Shown here one piece after another: positions 10,138 through 19,707 of a stretch of DNA of 64,000 nt. The notes beneath the pieces are model-generated. The model was not told where the DNA came from. It worked only from the letters and a program-made list of their open reading frames with translations, and made no database searches. This stretch comes from Candidatus Levybacteria bacterium RIFCSPLOWO2_02_FULL_37_18 (GTDB taxonomy: Bacteria; Patescibacteriota; Microgenomatia; Levybacterales; UBA12049): NCBI GenBank assembly GCA_001784115.1, contig MFPD01000019.1:30244-94243 (forward strand), given 5' to 3'. The position numbers and the translations under genes are program-made. The stretch's first letter is position 1, and every line of letters starts with the position of its first letter.

Positions 10138-10775
10138 TTAATAATTGAGTTTTGCTCGTAAACCCCACGGACAGAAGTTAAAGGATATAATAGACAACCT
10201 TTTCCAAGAATCGTACCCGGATTAAGTACAGCATTAACGCCAATCTGTGAAGAATCTCCTATAATTGCGCCAAATTTTGTCAAACCGGTTTCTATTATTT
10301 TTTCTTTGTGTTTTATGGAAATCGGTTTTTGGTCGAATCTGAAATTAGCAAGTATAGCTCCACCTGCAATGTTTACTTTATTTCCGATAATGCTGTCTCC
10401 TATATAATTTAGGTGGGCAGCACACGAACCGTTAAACATGAGAGAATTTTTTACCTCTACTCCATGTCCAATGTGTACGGAATCTCCAATTACACAATTT
10501 TCCCGAAGAAACGCTGAGTGTCCAATAATACTATTTTTCCCAATAATGCAAGGCCCTGTAACAAATGCTCCGTCAAAAATTTCTGTTCCCTCTCCAATAT
10601 ATACATGTTTTTTGCCCTGATAGTTTTCTTGTACAACTCCATTTTCAAATAGAGAAATGATATACTCTTGTAAACGGCCGAGTACTTCCCAGGCCTTTTT
10701 ATCCTTGACAAAAAGGTCAGCAAAAGGAAAATCCGAAGTATCAAAAAAATCTTCTGTAAAAAATGTAGTATCCAT
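10134..10775 (-). CDS. Left-handed beta-helix (hexapeptide-repeat) acyltransferase; candidate stand-alone GlmU C-terminal-like domain
   Basis: 213 aa with recurring [LIV]G-x4 hexapeptide repeats (IGKNSIIGHSAFL, IGDSVHIGHG, IGNKVNIAGG). It lies immediately downstream of a nucleotidyltransferase gene. Confidence 0.55.
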   Translation of the reverse strand: MDTTFFTEDFFDTSDFPFADLFVKDKKAWEVLGRLQEYIISLFENGVVQENYQGKKHVYIGEGTEIFDGAFVTGPCIIGKNSIIGHSAFLRENCVIGDSVHIGHGVEVKNSLMFNGSCAAHLNYIGDSIIGNKVNIAGGAILANFRFDQKPISIKHKEKIIETGLTKFGAIIGDSSQIGVNAVLNPGTILGKGCLLYPLTSVRGVYEQNSIIK

Positions 10776-10802
10776 ATGTAAATTATTTATTATTTACCCG
10801 AT

Positions 10803-11552
10803 TTAATCAACGCCGAATTGCTCTCTGTTTTTTAAATGTTGAACTCTTTTTAGATCCTGAGGAGAGTTAACTGCAGTCCATGGAATTTCTCCCCATTCAA
10901 TGGTTTCTATGATTTCATGATTTTTGTTTGCTACGTCAATAATATCAGTTAGATAATATTCACCACTAAAAGAACTTTTAACAATGAGAGGCAAATATTT
11001 TTTAAAGAAACTAACTTTGCCAATATAACATCCAGCATTTACTTCTTTTATTAAGCGAATTGCTTCTGTAGCATCTTTTTCTTCTATAATTGAGCTAACG
11101 TTGCCATTTTTTCTCACAATTCTTCCAATTCCTGTCGGATTATCAAGATGTATTGTGGCAAAAAGCAAAGAAGGGTCTTTTCCAAAATATGTATTAATTA
11201 CTTTTTCAAGGAGAATTGAAGAATACAATGTATCTCCATTGATAATCAGTACATATTCTGAATTTGCTGGAAGAATATCAATTCCACAAGAAACAGCGAC
11301 AGCTGTTCCCAACAAATCTTTTTGTTCCGCAAACATTACTTCGTTTGAGAATAATGACATTACTGTTTGTTTTGCAAATCCGACAACAATAACAATTGGG
11401 CTAATACCTATCTGTTTTAAATGCTCAACGTTTTGGACAATCATTGGTTTTCCAAAAACAGAAAGAGTAACTTTATTAATATTTGTTACATTCATCCGTT
11501 TTCCTTTTCCAGCAGCAAGAATTATTCCCGCAATTTTTTTATTCATTCTCAT
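10803..11552 (-). CDS. Sugar-1-phosphate nucleotidyltransferase (GlmU N-terminal-like)
   Basis: 249 aa beginning KIAGIILAAGKGKRM (the G-x-G-x-R nucleotidyltransferase motif). Confidence 0.7.
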   Translation of the reverse strand: MRMNKKIAGIILAAGKGKRMNVTNINKVTLSVFGKPMIVQNVEHLKQIGISPIVIVVGFAKQTVMSLFSNEVMFAEQKDLLGTAVAVSCGIDILPANSEYVLIINGDTLYSSILLEKVINTYFGKDPSLLFATIHLDNPTGIGRIVRKNGNVSSIIEEKDATEAIRLIKEVNAGCYIGKVSFFKKYLPLIVKSSFSGEYYLTDIIDVANKNHEIIETIEWGEIPWTAVNSPQDLKRVQHLKNREQFGVD

Positions 11553-12888
11553 CCTTAACTCTTTTTATATCTGCGCCTAAATCCTGCAATCTTTTTTCAA
11601 AACGCTCATATCCTCTATCTAAATGTTCTATGCCAAATATCACACTTTCTCCTTTCGCAGCTAGCGCAGCGAGCACGAGTGTTGCACCGGCTCTTAAATC
11701 AGAGATAAACGTAACTGCGTTATGAAGTCTAGCGGGACCATGTATTTTTATGGCGTGGTACAAATCTTTTCTGTCATCGGAAATATTAAAATTATAAAAA
11801 GACTGCGGATCAGCAACATCAGGATTAAAAAAATCTATTTTTGCGCCCATCTTTTGCAACTCCTTGGCATATCCAAACCTACTCTCATAGACAGTTTCGT
11901 GAATTACTGCCTGACCCTTTGCTTTTGTCATCAAAACCGCCCAGGGTGCCTGCCAATCAGTCATAAATCCTGGATACGACCCAGTAGTGATATTTACAGC
12001 CACAAGGTTTCCTTTTGAGTAAAAACGAATTCCCTCGTCAGTTTCCTCGTAACCTCCTCCTGCCTTAACAAAATTTTCTAAAAATTCTTTAATACTCTCT
12101 TTTCTTGCATCAAAAACAAATATATCGCCATTTGTAACCACAGCGGCAATAGCAAACGTTACGACTTCGTTTCTATCCGGCTTAATTCTAAATCGGCAAC
12201 CATGGAGCTTGTCTACCCCATTAATTTCAATTATTTTTTCTTTTATTCGTTTTATCTTTGCTCCCATTGTATTCAATAAGTCAATTAATTCATCCACTTC
12301 CGGCTCCTGGGCAGCATTTTTTAAAACGGTCTTCCCTTTTGCCAGAGAAGCTGCAATAATAAGCGTTTCTGTACCTGTGTGGGTGTTTTTTTCAAACGAA
12401 TACTCTGTCCCTTGTAAAAAATGCTTTTGAGGAGTTAAGGTTTTTGCATAAAAATAACCATCAGTACTTTTGTATTTAATTTCTGCGCCCAATTTTTTCA
12501 ACCCTTCAATAATCCTATCTATTGGCCGAGCCCCAATTCTGCAACCACCAGGATTTGGAACCTCAGCTTTTCCAAACCGAGCCAAAAGAGGAGCTAAAAG
12601 CATAAGTGAAGAACGAATTTCGGCGGATTTTTCAAAGGAAATTTTTGTTTTTTGAATATTTGACGCCCTAACAAATACCGTATGGTCTTCAATCCTAACT
12701 GTTCCTCCCATTTCCCGTATCAAGTCAACCATAACAAAAAAATCAGAAATGAAAGGAACATTTTCAATAATAATTTCATCTTCTGTTAAACATGCCGCAA
12801 CCAAAGCTTTTAAAGCAACATTTTTTGCGCCCGAAACCTGCATAGACCCGGTAAGCTTTTTCCCTCCGTTTATAATAAATTTTTCCAT
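11539..12888 (-). CDS. murA: UDP-N-acetylglucosamine 1-carboxyvinyltransferase MurA
   Basis: 449 aa beginning MEKFIINGGKKLTGSMQVSGAKNVALKALVAACLT, with an EPT fold. Confidence 0.9.
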   Translation of the reverse strand: MEKFIINGGKKLTGSMQVSGAKNVALKALVAACLTEDEIIIENVPFISDFFVMVDLIREMGGTVRIEDHTVFVRASNIQKTKISFEKSAEIRSSLMLLAPLLARFGKAEVPNPGGCRIGARPIDRIIEGLKKLGAEIKYKSTDGYFYAKTLTPQKHFLQGTEYSFEKNTHTGTETLIIAASLAKGKTVLKNAAQEPEVDELIDLLNTMGAKIKRIKEKIIEINGVDKLHGCRFRIKPDRNEVVTFAIAAVVTNGDIFVFDARKESIKEFLENFVKAGGGYEETDEGIRFYSKGNLVAVNITTGSYPGFMTDWQAPWAVLMTKAKGQAVIHETVYESRFGYAKELQKMGAKIDFFNPDVADPQSFYNFNISDDRKDLYHAIKIHGPARLHNAVTFISDLRAGATLVLAALAAKGESVIFGIEHLDRGYERFEKRLQDLGADIKRVKDENE

Positions 12889-12890
12889 AA

Positions 12891-13802
12891 TCAGTTTCCT
12901 ATAATACGTATTTCATACACGAAATCAACTCCGAATTTTTCTCGTATCTCTTGTTTTATGAGTTTTGTTAACGTAACCACATCTTTAGTATAAACTCCTC
13001 CTAGATTTATTATAAAACGTTCATCTGTATGAGCGATCATAGCCATTCCTACTCTTTTTCCTTTTAAACCAGCTTTATCAATAATATTTTGTGGGAGCGA
13101 AATATTTCTGTATGTGCATCCTATATATCCTCCTTTTTGTTGAGAATTTGTCCGAGACGCCAGCACAAAAGCACCTATTTTTCTTAATACCTCTTTATCT
13201 CCTGGTGTAAGACTAAAAACAACTGACAAAATAATTTCTCCTGTATCCCAAAGCTTTGATCTGCCGTTTTCAAACCGAACATACGATGCGTCAACCTCCC
13301 GTATTGTTCCGTCTTTTAATATAAGTTTTGCGCTTTGTAACCCGTCTGAAACATGCGCATGTTTTTCAGGAAAACTTGAGTTCATATAAATTCCACCCCC
13401 AACTGTTCCGGGAAGGCCTAAGTTATATTCAAATCCCAACAGTCCATTTTCTATAGCTGCTTTTACTAATTGATTCATAATTACTCCTGACTGCGCTTCA
13501 ACAGTATTACCTTTTATTTCAAACTTTCTGCAATTATTTTTTATAACAAGTCCTTTTACTCCTTTTTCGGAAACTATGACATTTGATCCTCCGCCTAAAA
13601 CAAAAACAGGCAGACCATTCTTAATTGCAACATGTATAACAGAAACAAATTCTTCTATTGTTTGTACATCTGCGTAAAACTCTGCCGGGCCTCCGGTTCT
13701 AAACGTCGTATGTAAAGAAAGCGGTTCCATAACTTTTACCCTGTTTTTTCCTAAAATTTCTTCTAATTCTAAACGAGCATTATTCATGTTTAACCGTAAC
13801 AA
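12891..13802 (-). CDS. murB: UDP-N-acetylenolpyruvoylglucosamine reductase MurB
   Basis: 303 aa with an FRTGGPAEFY FAD-binding N-terminus. Confidence 0.85.
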   Translation of the reverse strand: MLRLNMNNARLELEEILGKNRVKVMEPLSLHTTFRTGGPAEFYADVQTIEEFVSVIHVAIKNGLPVFVLGGGSNVIVSEKGVKGLVIKNNCRKFEIKGNTVEAQSGVIMNQLVKAAIENGLLGFEYNLGLPGTVGGGIYMNSSFPEKHAHVSDGLQSAKLILKDGTIREVDASYVRFENGRSKLWDTGEIILSVVFSLTPGDKEVLRKIGAFVLASRTNSQQKGGYIGCTYRNISLPQNIIDKAGLKGKRVGMAMIAHTDERFIINLGGVYTKDVVTLTKLIKQEIREKFGVDFVYEIRIIGN

Positions 13803-15204
13803 CTTCTTTACCTATCGTATACACATCCCCGGCACCCATGGTAAGCAGTATCCAGTCAGAATCATAGTATTTTTGACCTATATATTTTACCACATCCGAC
13901 AGCTCAGGCAAAAACATAATTTGAGCATGAAATTTACTCAATGCCTCAGCTAATGAACGTGAATCTACGGAAGAATCTGGCTTCTCTCTTTGGGAAGCAT
14001 AAATATTGGTTATAATCACTTCATCTGCATCAGAAAAAGAGTGAATAAATTGATCGAATAATATTTTTGTTCGAGAATAAGTGTGCGGTTGAAAAATACA
14101 AACTATTTTGCTTTTGGAAAATCGTTTTCTAAACCCTAATAAAGTCTTTTTTACCTCAGTAGGATGATGACCGTAATCGTCAAATACTAAAGCTCCTTTG
14201 TCTGTTTTACCAATAAATTCTGCTCTTCGTTTTAAGCCTGCAAATGTACGTATACTTCGCCTAATATTTTCGACTCCGATTCCCATCTGCAACGAACATA
14301 TTATTGAAGCTAAAGCATTAAGAGCATTATGTTCACCAGTTACTCCAATAGCAAACTCTCCCAATGATGTACTCTTAGTTTCGACCCAAAAAAACATGTG
14401 ATCGTCTCTTACAGAAACATTTTTTAAAAAAAAATCATTTCGCGAAGAAAATCCGTATCTGATTACCTCTCCTTTGTACCTCTTAAACAATGTATCAACA
14501 TTTTTATCATCTCCATAAGCTATTAATAAACCATTATGTTCAAAAGACTTCACAAATTGAAAAAAAGCCTCTACAACTGCTTCCTCTGAATTATAAATAT
14601 CCGGATGATCAAGCTCAATATTGGTAATAATTGCAATCTTTGGCTTCTGCCACAAAAATTTAGGAGTTTTGTCATACGTAGGCTCTGTTGCGTATTCATC
14701 AGCTTCGACAATAAAATGTCTTCCTTTACCAAAGTGTCCTGGTGTAGGTAAAGTAGGAATATGTGAAGTACCTATTACGTACGAAGGATCAAGGTTATTT
14801 TGAAAAAAAATAGTTGCAATTATCGAAGTTGTAGTGGTTTTGCCGTGTGAACCTGTAATGGAAATGCCTTCAATATCACTCCGTGCCACCAAACTCCCAT
14901 TCATAAACGCTCCTACTGCCTGACCTTGTGTAAGTACTTTTACGCCAAGCGCCTTTGCAGTTTTTACTTCTTCGTTGTCAAATCCACCATGCGCACTCGT
15001 TGTTATAACAAGATCAATATTTTTAACATGTCCTTTTGAAAAACCTATCAAAGGTTGTATGCCGCTTTTATCCAATGCTTCGTCCGTTATAAAGGTTTTA
15101 TCAATATCACAACCGCTTACTTCAAATCCAGCTTCTTTTGCCAGTATTGCCAAAGGCGTCATCCCAACTCCTTTAATGCCGACAAAATGTATTTTTTTAC
15201 TCAT
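13780..15204 (-). CDS. murC: UDP-N-acetylmuramate--L-alanine ligase MurC
   Basis: 474 aa with an HFVGIKGVGMTPLA N-terminal Rossmann domain and a GSHGKTTTT P-loop. Confidence 0.9.
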   Translation of the reverse strand: MSKKIHFVGIKGVGMTPLAILAKEAGFEVSGCDIDKTFITDEALDKSGIQPLIGFSKGHVKNIDLVITTSAHGGFDNEEVKTAKALGVKVLTQGQAVGAFMNGSLVARSDIEGISITGSHGKTTTTSIIATIFFQNNLDPSYVIGTSHIPTLPTPGHFGKGRHFIVEADEYATEPTYDKTPKFLWQKPKIAIITNIELDHPDIYNSEEAVVEAFFQFVKSFEHNGLLIAYGDDKNVDTLFKRYKGEVIRYGFSSRNDFFLKNVSVRDDHMFFWVETKSTSLGEFAIGVTGEHNALNALASIICSLQMGIGVENIRRSIRTFAGLKRRAEFIGKTDKGALVFDDYGHHPTEVKKTLLGFRKRFSKSKIVCIFQPHTYSRTKILFDQFIHSFSDADEVIITNIYASQREKPDSSVDSRSLAEALSKFHAQIMFLPELSDVVKYIGQKYYDSDWILLTMGAGDVYTIGKEVVTVKHE

Positions 15205-15911
15205 ATCATTCCAATAAAGGTTGCAAATTCACCAAATGTTTTATTTGAGTCTTTTCTGTACGAAAAAAATTGTTCGTTATTACAAGATGTACACAAATTT
15301 ACTCGTTCTATATTTTTATTTTGAACTTTAAATTGTTTTAAGATTTGAAGAACAATAGACTGCAAATCTAAAAAATACAAAGCATGTTTTTTTTGAAAAA
15401 AATTTTTAAAGCCAGGGTACCTTTGTTTAAACTGTTCAATCCTGTCTTTACTTACATCATAACAACAAACACCAATCGACGGTCCGATTCCTATCTTAAT
15501 ATTTGATAACTCACTCCCAAGTTTTATGAATTTTTTTATCATGTTTTCTACTATTCCCAAAAGAATTCCTTTGTACCCAGCGTGAACAACTCCGATAATC
15601 TTTTTAACAGAATCGTACATCACTATTGGTACACAATCCGCAGTAACCGCAAGGAGCACTTTATTTTTTTCTTGAGTAATGAGTCCGTCCGTATTGAAAA
15701 TTTCTGAAGCTGAATCCTTTTTAACTATTTCAATGTTGGTGGTGTGTTTTTGAACCATATACGTTATTTGTTTGGAACTCCCAATCACATGCGAAAGTTG
15801 TTCTATAAATCTCCTATCGAACTTATTGCCATGCTTAACACTCCCCACTGCCCTCGTTGAAAAACCAGCCAGCGCAAAAGGAAAATAATACACTCCGTTT
15901 GATTTTTTCAT
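15201..15911 (-). CDS. pgeF: YfiH/PgeF-family (DUF152) purine nucleoside phosphorylase / peptidoglycan editing factor
   Basis: 236 aa with a VHAGYKG motif resembling the HAGWRG signature. Confidence 0.7.
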   Translation of the reverse strand: MKKSNGVYYFPFALAGFSTRAVGSVKHGNKFDRRFIEQLSHVIGSSKQITYMVQKHTTNIEIVKKDSASEIFNTDGLITQEKNKVLLAVTADCVPIVMYDSVKKIIGVVHAGYKGILLGIVENMIKKFIKLGSELSNIKIGIGPSIGVCCYDVSKDRIEQFKQRYPGFKNFFQKKHALYFLDLQSIVLQILKQFKVQNKNIERVNLCTSCNNEQFFSYRKDSNKTFGEFATFIGMI

Positions 15912-17170
15912 TCTAATGCTTTCAAAACTGTTTTGTGCTCGCTCCAGGGTATTTCTTTTCCATGGTAACTCATGGAAGTCTCATGTCCTTTTCCGCACAA
16001 AAGAATAATGTCTCCTTTTTTTGCCAATTTCTTGATTATAAACTCAATTGCCTCTTTTCTATTTGGAATTTTAAAAAATACGTGTTCTCCATTCTGAATT
16101 CTTAATTCTAAACTCTGAACTAATCTTGCTCCTGCTTCTTCACAACCTTCTGCTATTTCAGCAATAATCTTGTCTGAATCCTCAAATCGCGGGTCTTCAT
16201 CGGTAAGCACGGTAATATCTGCAAGCCTGCCGCTTATTCTTCCCATCATGGGCCGTTTTAAAACATCCCTTTCACTTGCGCACCCGTACATGACAATAAT
16301 TCTTCCTTTTTCCTTTATATCAAAAGCAGTATTAAGCAGCGCCTCTAAAGCATCCGGCTTATGAGCAAAATCTATGATGATTGTAAAGCCTTTTGTATTG
16401 GGAATTTCTTCAAACCTTCCGGGAATTCCACTAAATCTCTCTAGACTTCCTTTAATTATTTGATTCGGAACATTAAGTATCAAACCAACAGCTGCGGCTG
16501 CTAATGCGTTTTTGATATTAAATTCTCCCGGCATTTTTAATTTAAATTTCCATTTTTCTTCTGCTTCATCTCCTTTTTTTAAACCAAATGTAACTGCTTT
16601 GTTGAGTATCTTATTGAAACTAACAGTAGAACAAACACTCCCTGGGATTCCGTCATAAGGAACAACTGTATGTTTTGCGTTAAGCAATAGTTTGAACTTG
16701 GCTTTAGCATAATTTTTAAAAGTTTTATGATAATCTAGATGTTCATGTGCAAGTGTGGTCAAAACGCCAATGAAAAAATTAATACATGCAACTCTGTTTT
16801 GATCTAATGCATGCGAAGAAACTTCTATAACAAAATACGTATCTCCGGCTTGTTTTGCCATTTTTAAATATTTTGGTAAATTCTCTGGATCAGGAGTAGT
16901 TACATGAAACCCTGTATCATAGCTCTTTCCGCCAATTTCAGCGTGAATACTTGATATCATCGAAACCCTAAATCCATTACTTTTGAGCATTTCATAAATC
17001 ATGTGTGTCGTTGTTGTCTTTCCGCTTGTGCCCGTAACTCCGATTACTCTTAATCCTTCTGAAGGAAATCCATAATATATATTCGCCAAAAAAGCCACAC
17101 CGAGATGATACAAGTTTTTAACCACTTGCCACATATGTGTATTATACCTGTTGGGCAAGAACCAGCACAA
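15908..17170 (-). CDS. Mur-ligase family protein, probably MurE (UDP-MurNAc-L-Ala-D-Glu:diamino-acid ligase) with a short N-terminal domain
   Basis: 420 aa with a GVTGTSGKTTTT P-loop. A DFAHKPDALEAL block matches the MurE DYAHTPDAL motif. A C-terminal EDPR lies where MurE has DNPR. Confidence 0.6.
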   Translation of the reverse strand: MCWFLPNRYNTHMWQVVKNLYHLGVAFLANIYYGFPSEGLRVIGVTGTSGKTTTTHMIYEMLKSNGFRVSMISSIHAEIGGKSYDTGFHVTTPDPENLPKYLKMAKQAGDTYFVIEVSSHALDQNRVACINFFIGVLTTLAHEHLDYHKTFKNYAKAKFKLLLNAKHTVVPYDGIPGSVCSTVSFNKILNKAVTFGLKKGDEAEEKWKFKLKMPGEFNIKNALAAAAVGLILNVPNQIIKGSLERFSGIPGRFEEIPNTKGFTIIIDFAHKPDALEALLNTAFDIKEKGRIIVMYGCASERDVLKRPMMGRISGRLADITVLTDEDPRFEDSDKIIAEIAEGCEEAGARLVQSLELRIQNGEHVFFKIPNRKEAIEFIIKKLAKKGDIILLCGKGHETSMSYHGKEIPWSEHKTVLKALE

Positions 17171-17181
17171 ATGGAGTTTTG

Positions 17182-17841
17182 CTATTTTAAGAGAATATGG
17201 ATTCGGGACTGGGTGAGATTTGTCAGATATTTCAGTTGTGTTTTCATTTCGACTTGATATGTTTTAGACCCGGTATCATATAGTAATGGAGGAGAAATAA
17301 GATACTCAGAAGCTCCTCCGCTCATGGTGACTTCGGAATTCCAAACCGGATGTTTGTCAGTTGTGTTAAACAATCTTACTGTTACACTTTGGTTTGCAGT
17401 TGGGACATTTACAGAAGCTTCGAATCGAATTTCTTTTATGTTTTGATAGTTGTCAAAATCAACTTTTGCCAAAGCACCAGGCACATCTGCAAACTCACTT
17501 GTTTGATTTGTCCCAGATCCCAAAGGAATAAAATAATCTTTCACCAACGAGTTAGATTGAATATTTGTTTGAAATACTGATGTTGGAATAAGAGTAGGTG
17601 GAACTTGAGTTGGGATAACCGTGATAACTACAGGAACTGAAGTAACGGTCACAACTGTCAAACTACTGGGAGTCAAAGAACCATTCTGAAATTGTTTGTT
17701 AAAAAATGTGTAATTTAAGTACAAAATATTTAACAGCAGAACGAAAATCAAAACTCCAACTGTGGCAAAAGCAAATCTTACTTCTTTTTCATCCCGCATC
17801 AAACGGACCTGTATCAATCTATCCTTTATACCTTTTATCAT
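17182..17841 (-). CDS. Hypothetical membrane-anchored protein (N-terminal TM helix, Thr/Val/Pro-rich linker, C-terminal globular domain)
   Basis: 219-aa ORF with a single predicted TM segment and no recognisable catalytic motif. Confidence 0.4.
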   Translation of the reverse strand: MIKGIKDRLIQVRLMRDEKEVRFAFATVGVLIFVLLLNILYLNYTFFNKQFQNGSLTPSSLTVVTVTSVPVVITVIPTQVPPTLIPTSVFQTNIQSNSLVKDYFIPLGSGTNQTSEFADVPGALAKVDFDNYQNIKEIRFEASVNVPTANQSVTVRLFNTTDKHPVWNSEVTMSGGASEYLISPPLLYDTGSKTYQVEMKTQLKYLTNLTQSRIHILLK

Positions 17842-17929
17842 TCCATTTTTAGTCTATAGAAATGATGGGAAAAAGTAAAGGAAAAATAGTGTAACAAACA
17901 CATCATTCATGATGATACTATCAGAAGGC

Positions 17930-18046
17930 TTATTTCGCATCTTTTATTTCGAGAGTTTTGTGGTTTGCAGTAACTTCAACCTTTTGCCCTCTTCTTCTCC
18001 AACCCAATTTTCTAAGAAGAGTCTTGGGAATCGCCACCACACCCAA
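17930..18046 (-). CDS. Short ORF resembling the AbrB/MazE/SpoVT swapped-hairpin DNA-binding domain (possibly an N-terminally degraded antitoxin-like remnant)
   Basis: Own translation (TTG start): LGVVAIPKTLLRKLGWRRRGQKVEVTANHKTLEIKDAK, ending in TAA. The frame is open back to ~18083 but contains no ATG. The ORF is not in the provided track. Confidence 0.25.
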   Translation of the reverse strand: MGVVAIPKTLLRKLGWRRRGQKVEVTANHKTLEIKDAK

Positions 18047-18182
18047 ATATTTCCCTAATGCAATAATTTTCGAATCATACTTTTAGTCTAATTAGTCTAT
18101 ACAGACATTCTACGGGCATAATCTTATTATAACAGATACTGACTATTGTAAGAATACTTTAAAAGATATATTATTCAATTAA

Positions 18183-18839
18183 TTGTTAGTTTATAAACTG
18201 CGTAGGATGAATAAATTGTTTTTTGATATCGAAACACTTCCGGCCGCAAAAGAAGTACATGTTGTTCTTCAAGAAATTTACGATAAAAGAAAAAATGATG
18301 GGAAAAAAGTAAAAGAATTTATTGAATTTGTGGAAGACACGTCTTTTGATGGTGCTTTTGGAAGAATTTGCTGTATTTCTTATGGTATAAATGACGATAC
18401 TCTAAAAACTATATGCGGAGAAGAAAAAGAAATGCTTATCGAGTTTTGGAAAATTGCAAAAAATATTGATCTTTTTGTTGGCTTTAATATTATTGATTTT
18501 GACATGCGCTTTATTTTACAGCGCTCTGTTATTTGGGGAGTAAAACCTACAAAAGAACTGAGTTTTGCCAGATACAGAAGCTTTCCCATGTTTGATCTTA
18601 TGTATGAATGGTCTAAGTGGAACACACAGGATAAAATTTCTTTGGATACGTTAGCAAAAGCTCTGGGTTTGCCAAGTTCTAAAGGAGGAACAATCGAAGG
18701 AAAAGACGTTGCAAAAGCTTATGAAGAAGGCCGCATAAAAGAAATATGCTATTATTGCGAAAAAGATGTGGAGTTGACGAGGAAAATATATAAGAAAGTT
18801 GCTTTTGAAGATTCCCCGGAAGAAGATATACCATTTTAA
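18183..18839 (+). CDS. PolB-exonuclease-like 3'-5' exonuclease (RNase H-like fold, YprB/COG3298-like)
   Basis: Exo I FFDIET, Exo II FNIIDFDMRFI and Exo III YYCEKDVELT motifs. The likely true start is the internal MNKLFFDIE (~18207). Confidence 0.7.
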   Translation: MLVYKLRRMNKLFFDIETLPAAKEVHVVLQEIYDKRKNDGKKVKEFIEFVEDTSFDGAFGRICCISYGINDDTLKTICGEEKEMLIEFWKIAKNIDLFVGFNIIDFDMRFILQRSVIWGVKPTKELSFARYRSFPMFDLMYEWSKWNTQDKISLDTLAKALGLPSSKGGTIEGKDVAKAYEEGRIKEICYYCEKDVELTRKIYKKVAFEDSPEEDIPF

Positions 18840-18879
18840 GCCTACAAATAATTTTTCTTTCCTGTTATACTAATATTGT

Positions 18880-19449
18880 ATGGAAGATTCTTCGGAGAAG
18901 AATACGAAAGAACAAACCACGGAAGTGTGTCCGAAGTGTGGGAGTACGCTTGAACCAACAACAGAAACGAGAACCGGACGAAAATTGCAGAGATGTTCTA
19001 CTGGTTCGTGGGATTCTGAGAAACGAGAAAACATCGGGTGTGACTTCATAAAATGGTTTGATGTAGAACCGCAAACATTAGATGAAAAATGTCCAAAATG
19101 CGGATCTCCTCTTATTTTGACAACAACTCGTTTTGGCAAGAAAATGAAAAAATGCTCAACGAATGTTTGGGATAAAGACGCAAAAAAAGCAGTTGGATGC
19201 GATTATATTGAATGGATAAACGGGATAACTGAACTTCTCGATGAAGAATGTCCGCAGTGCCAATCAAAGCTTGTTCTTTTTACTACAAATACCGGTAAAA
19301 AAATGAAGAAATGTTCTACTGCCGGATGGGACAGAGAAGCACGAAAACCAACCGGGTGCACCTATATAGTTTGGCTCAAAGCAAGCGATTATCCTAAACC
19401 TAATAACAGTAGAGGAGAGGAATTCCTACCACCCCAACCTCAAGAATAA
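18880..19449 (+). CDS. Triple C4 zinc-ribbon protein of the Topoisomerase-I C-terminal (YrdD-like) type
   Basis: Three ~43-aa tandem repeats of the form CP(K/Q)CGS-x15-17-CST-x11-GC(D/T)(F/Y)I-W. They are consistent with the topoisomerase-type C4 zinc-ribbon consensus (CPxCG ... GRFG ... CS ... C) as I recall it. Confidence 0.65.
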   Translation: MEDSSEKNTKEQTTEVCPKCGSTLEPTTETRTGRKLQRCSTGSWDSEKRENIGCDFIKWFDVEPQTLDEKCPKCGSPLILTTTRFGKKMKKCSTNVWDKDAKKAVGCDYIEWINGITELLDEECPQCQSKLVLFTTNTGKKMKKCSTAGWDREARKPTGCTYIVWLKASDYPKPNNSRGEEFLPPQPQE

Positions 19450-19452
19450 AAG

Positions 19453-19707
19453 ATGTCTATGATTACCATTTACAAAATCGAGCATTGCCCTTACTGCAAA
19501 CGAGTAGAGGACTGGGTCAAAGAAAATATACCCAGTGTACCGATTAAGTGGGTTCTCGAACCATCCATGCACGACCAAAGAAAACAAACAATCGCAGTCT
19601 CCGGCCAAAGCTTTGTCCCGACCATGAAAGATGACGAGACTAAAACTGTTATTGCAGATGATGACGAAGAAATAATCCAATACTTAAAGAAAAAGTTCAA
19701 TAAATAA
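19453..19707 (+). CDS. Glutaredoxin / NrdH-like small redoxin
   Basis: 84 aa with a CPYC active site near the N-terminus. Confidence 0.7.
   Translation: MSMITIYKIEHCPYCKRVEDWVKENIPSVPIKWVLEPSMHDQRKQTIAVSGQSFVPTMKDDETKTVIADDDEEIIQYLKKKFNK

Noticed and set aside
17842-18182. tRNA or other structured RNA in the larger intergenic regions (17842-18182, 23006-23171, 29175-29313)
   Set aside because: I saw no cloverleaf-compatible arms, GTTC-type T-loops or CCA-adjacent acceptor stems by eye. A tRNAscan would be needed to be sure.
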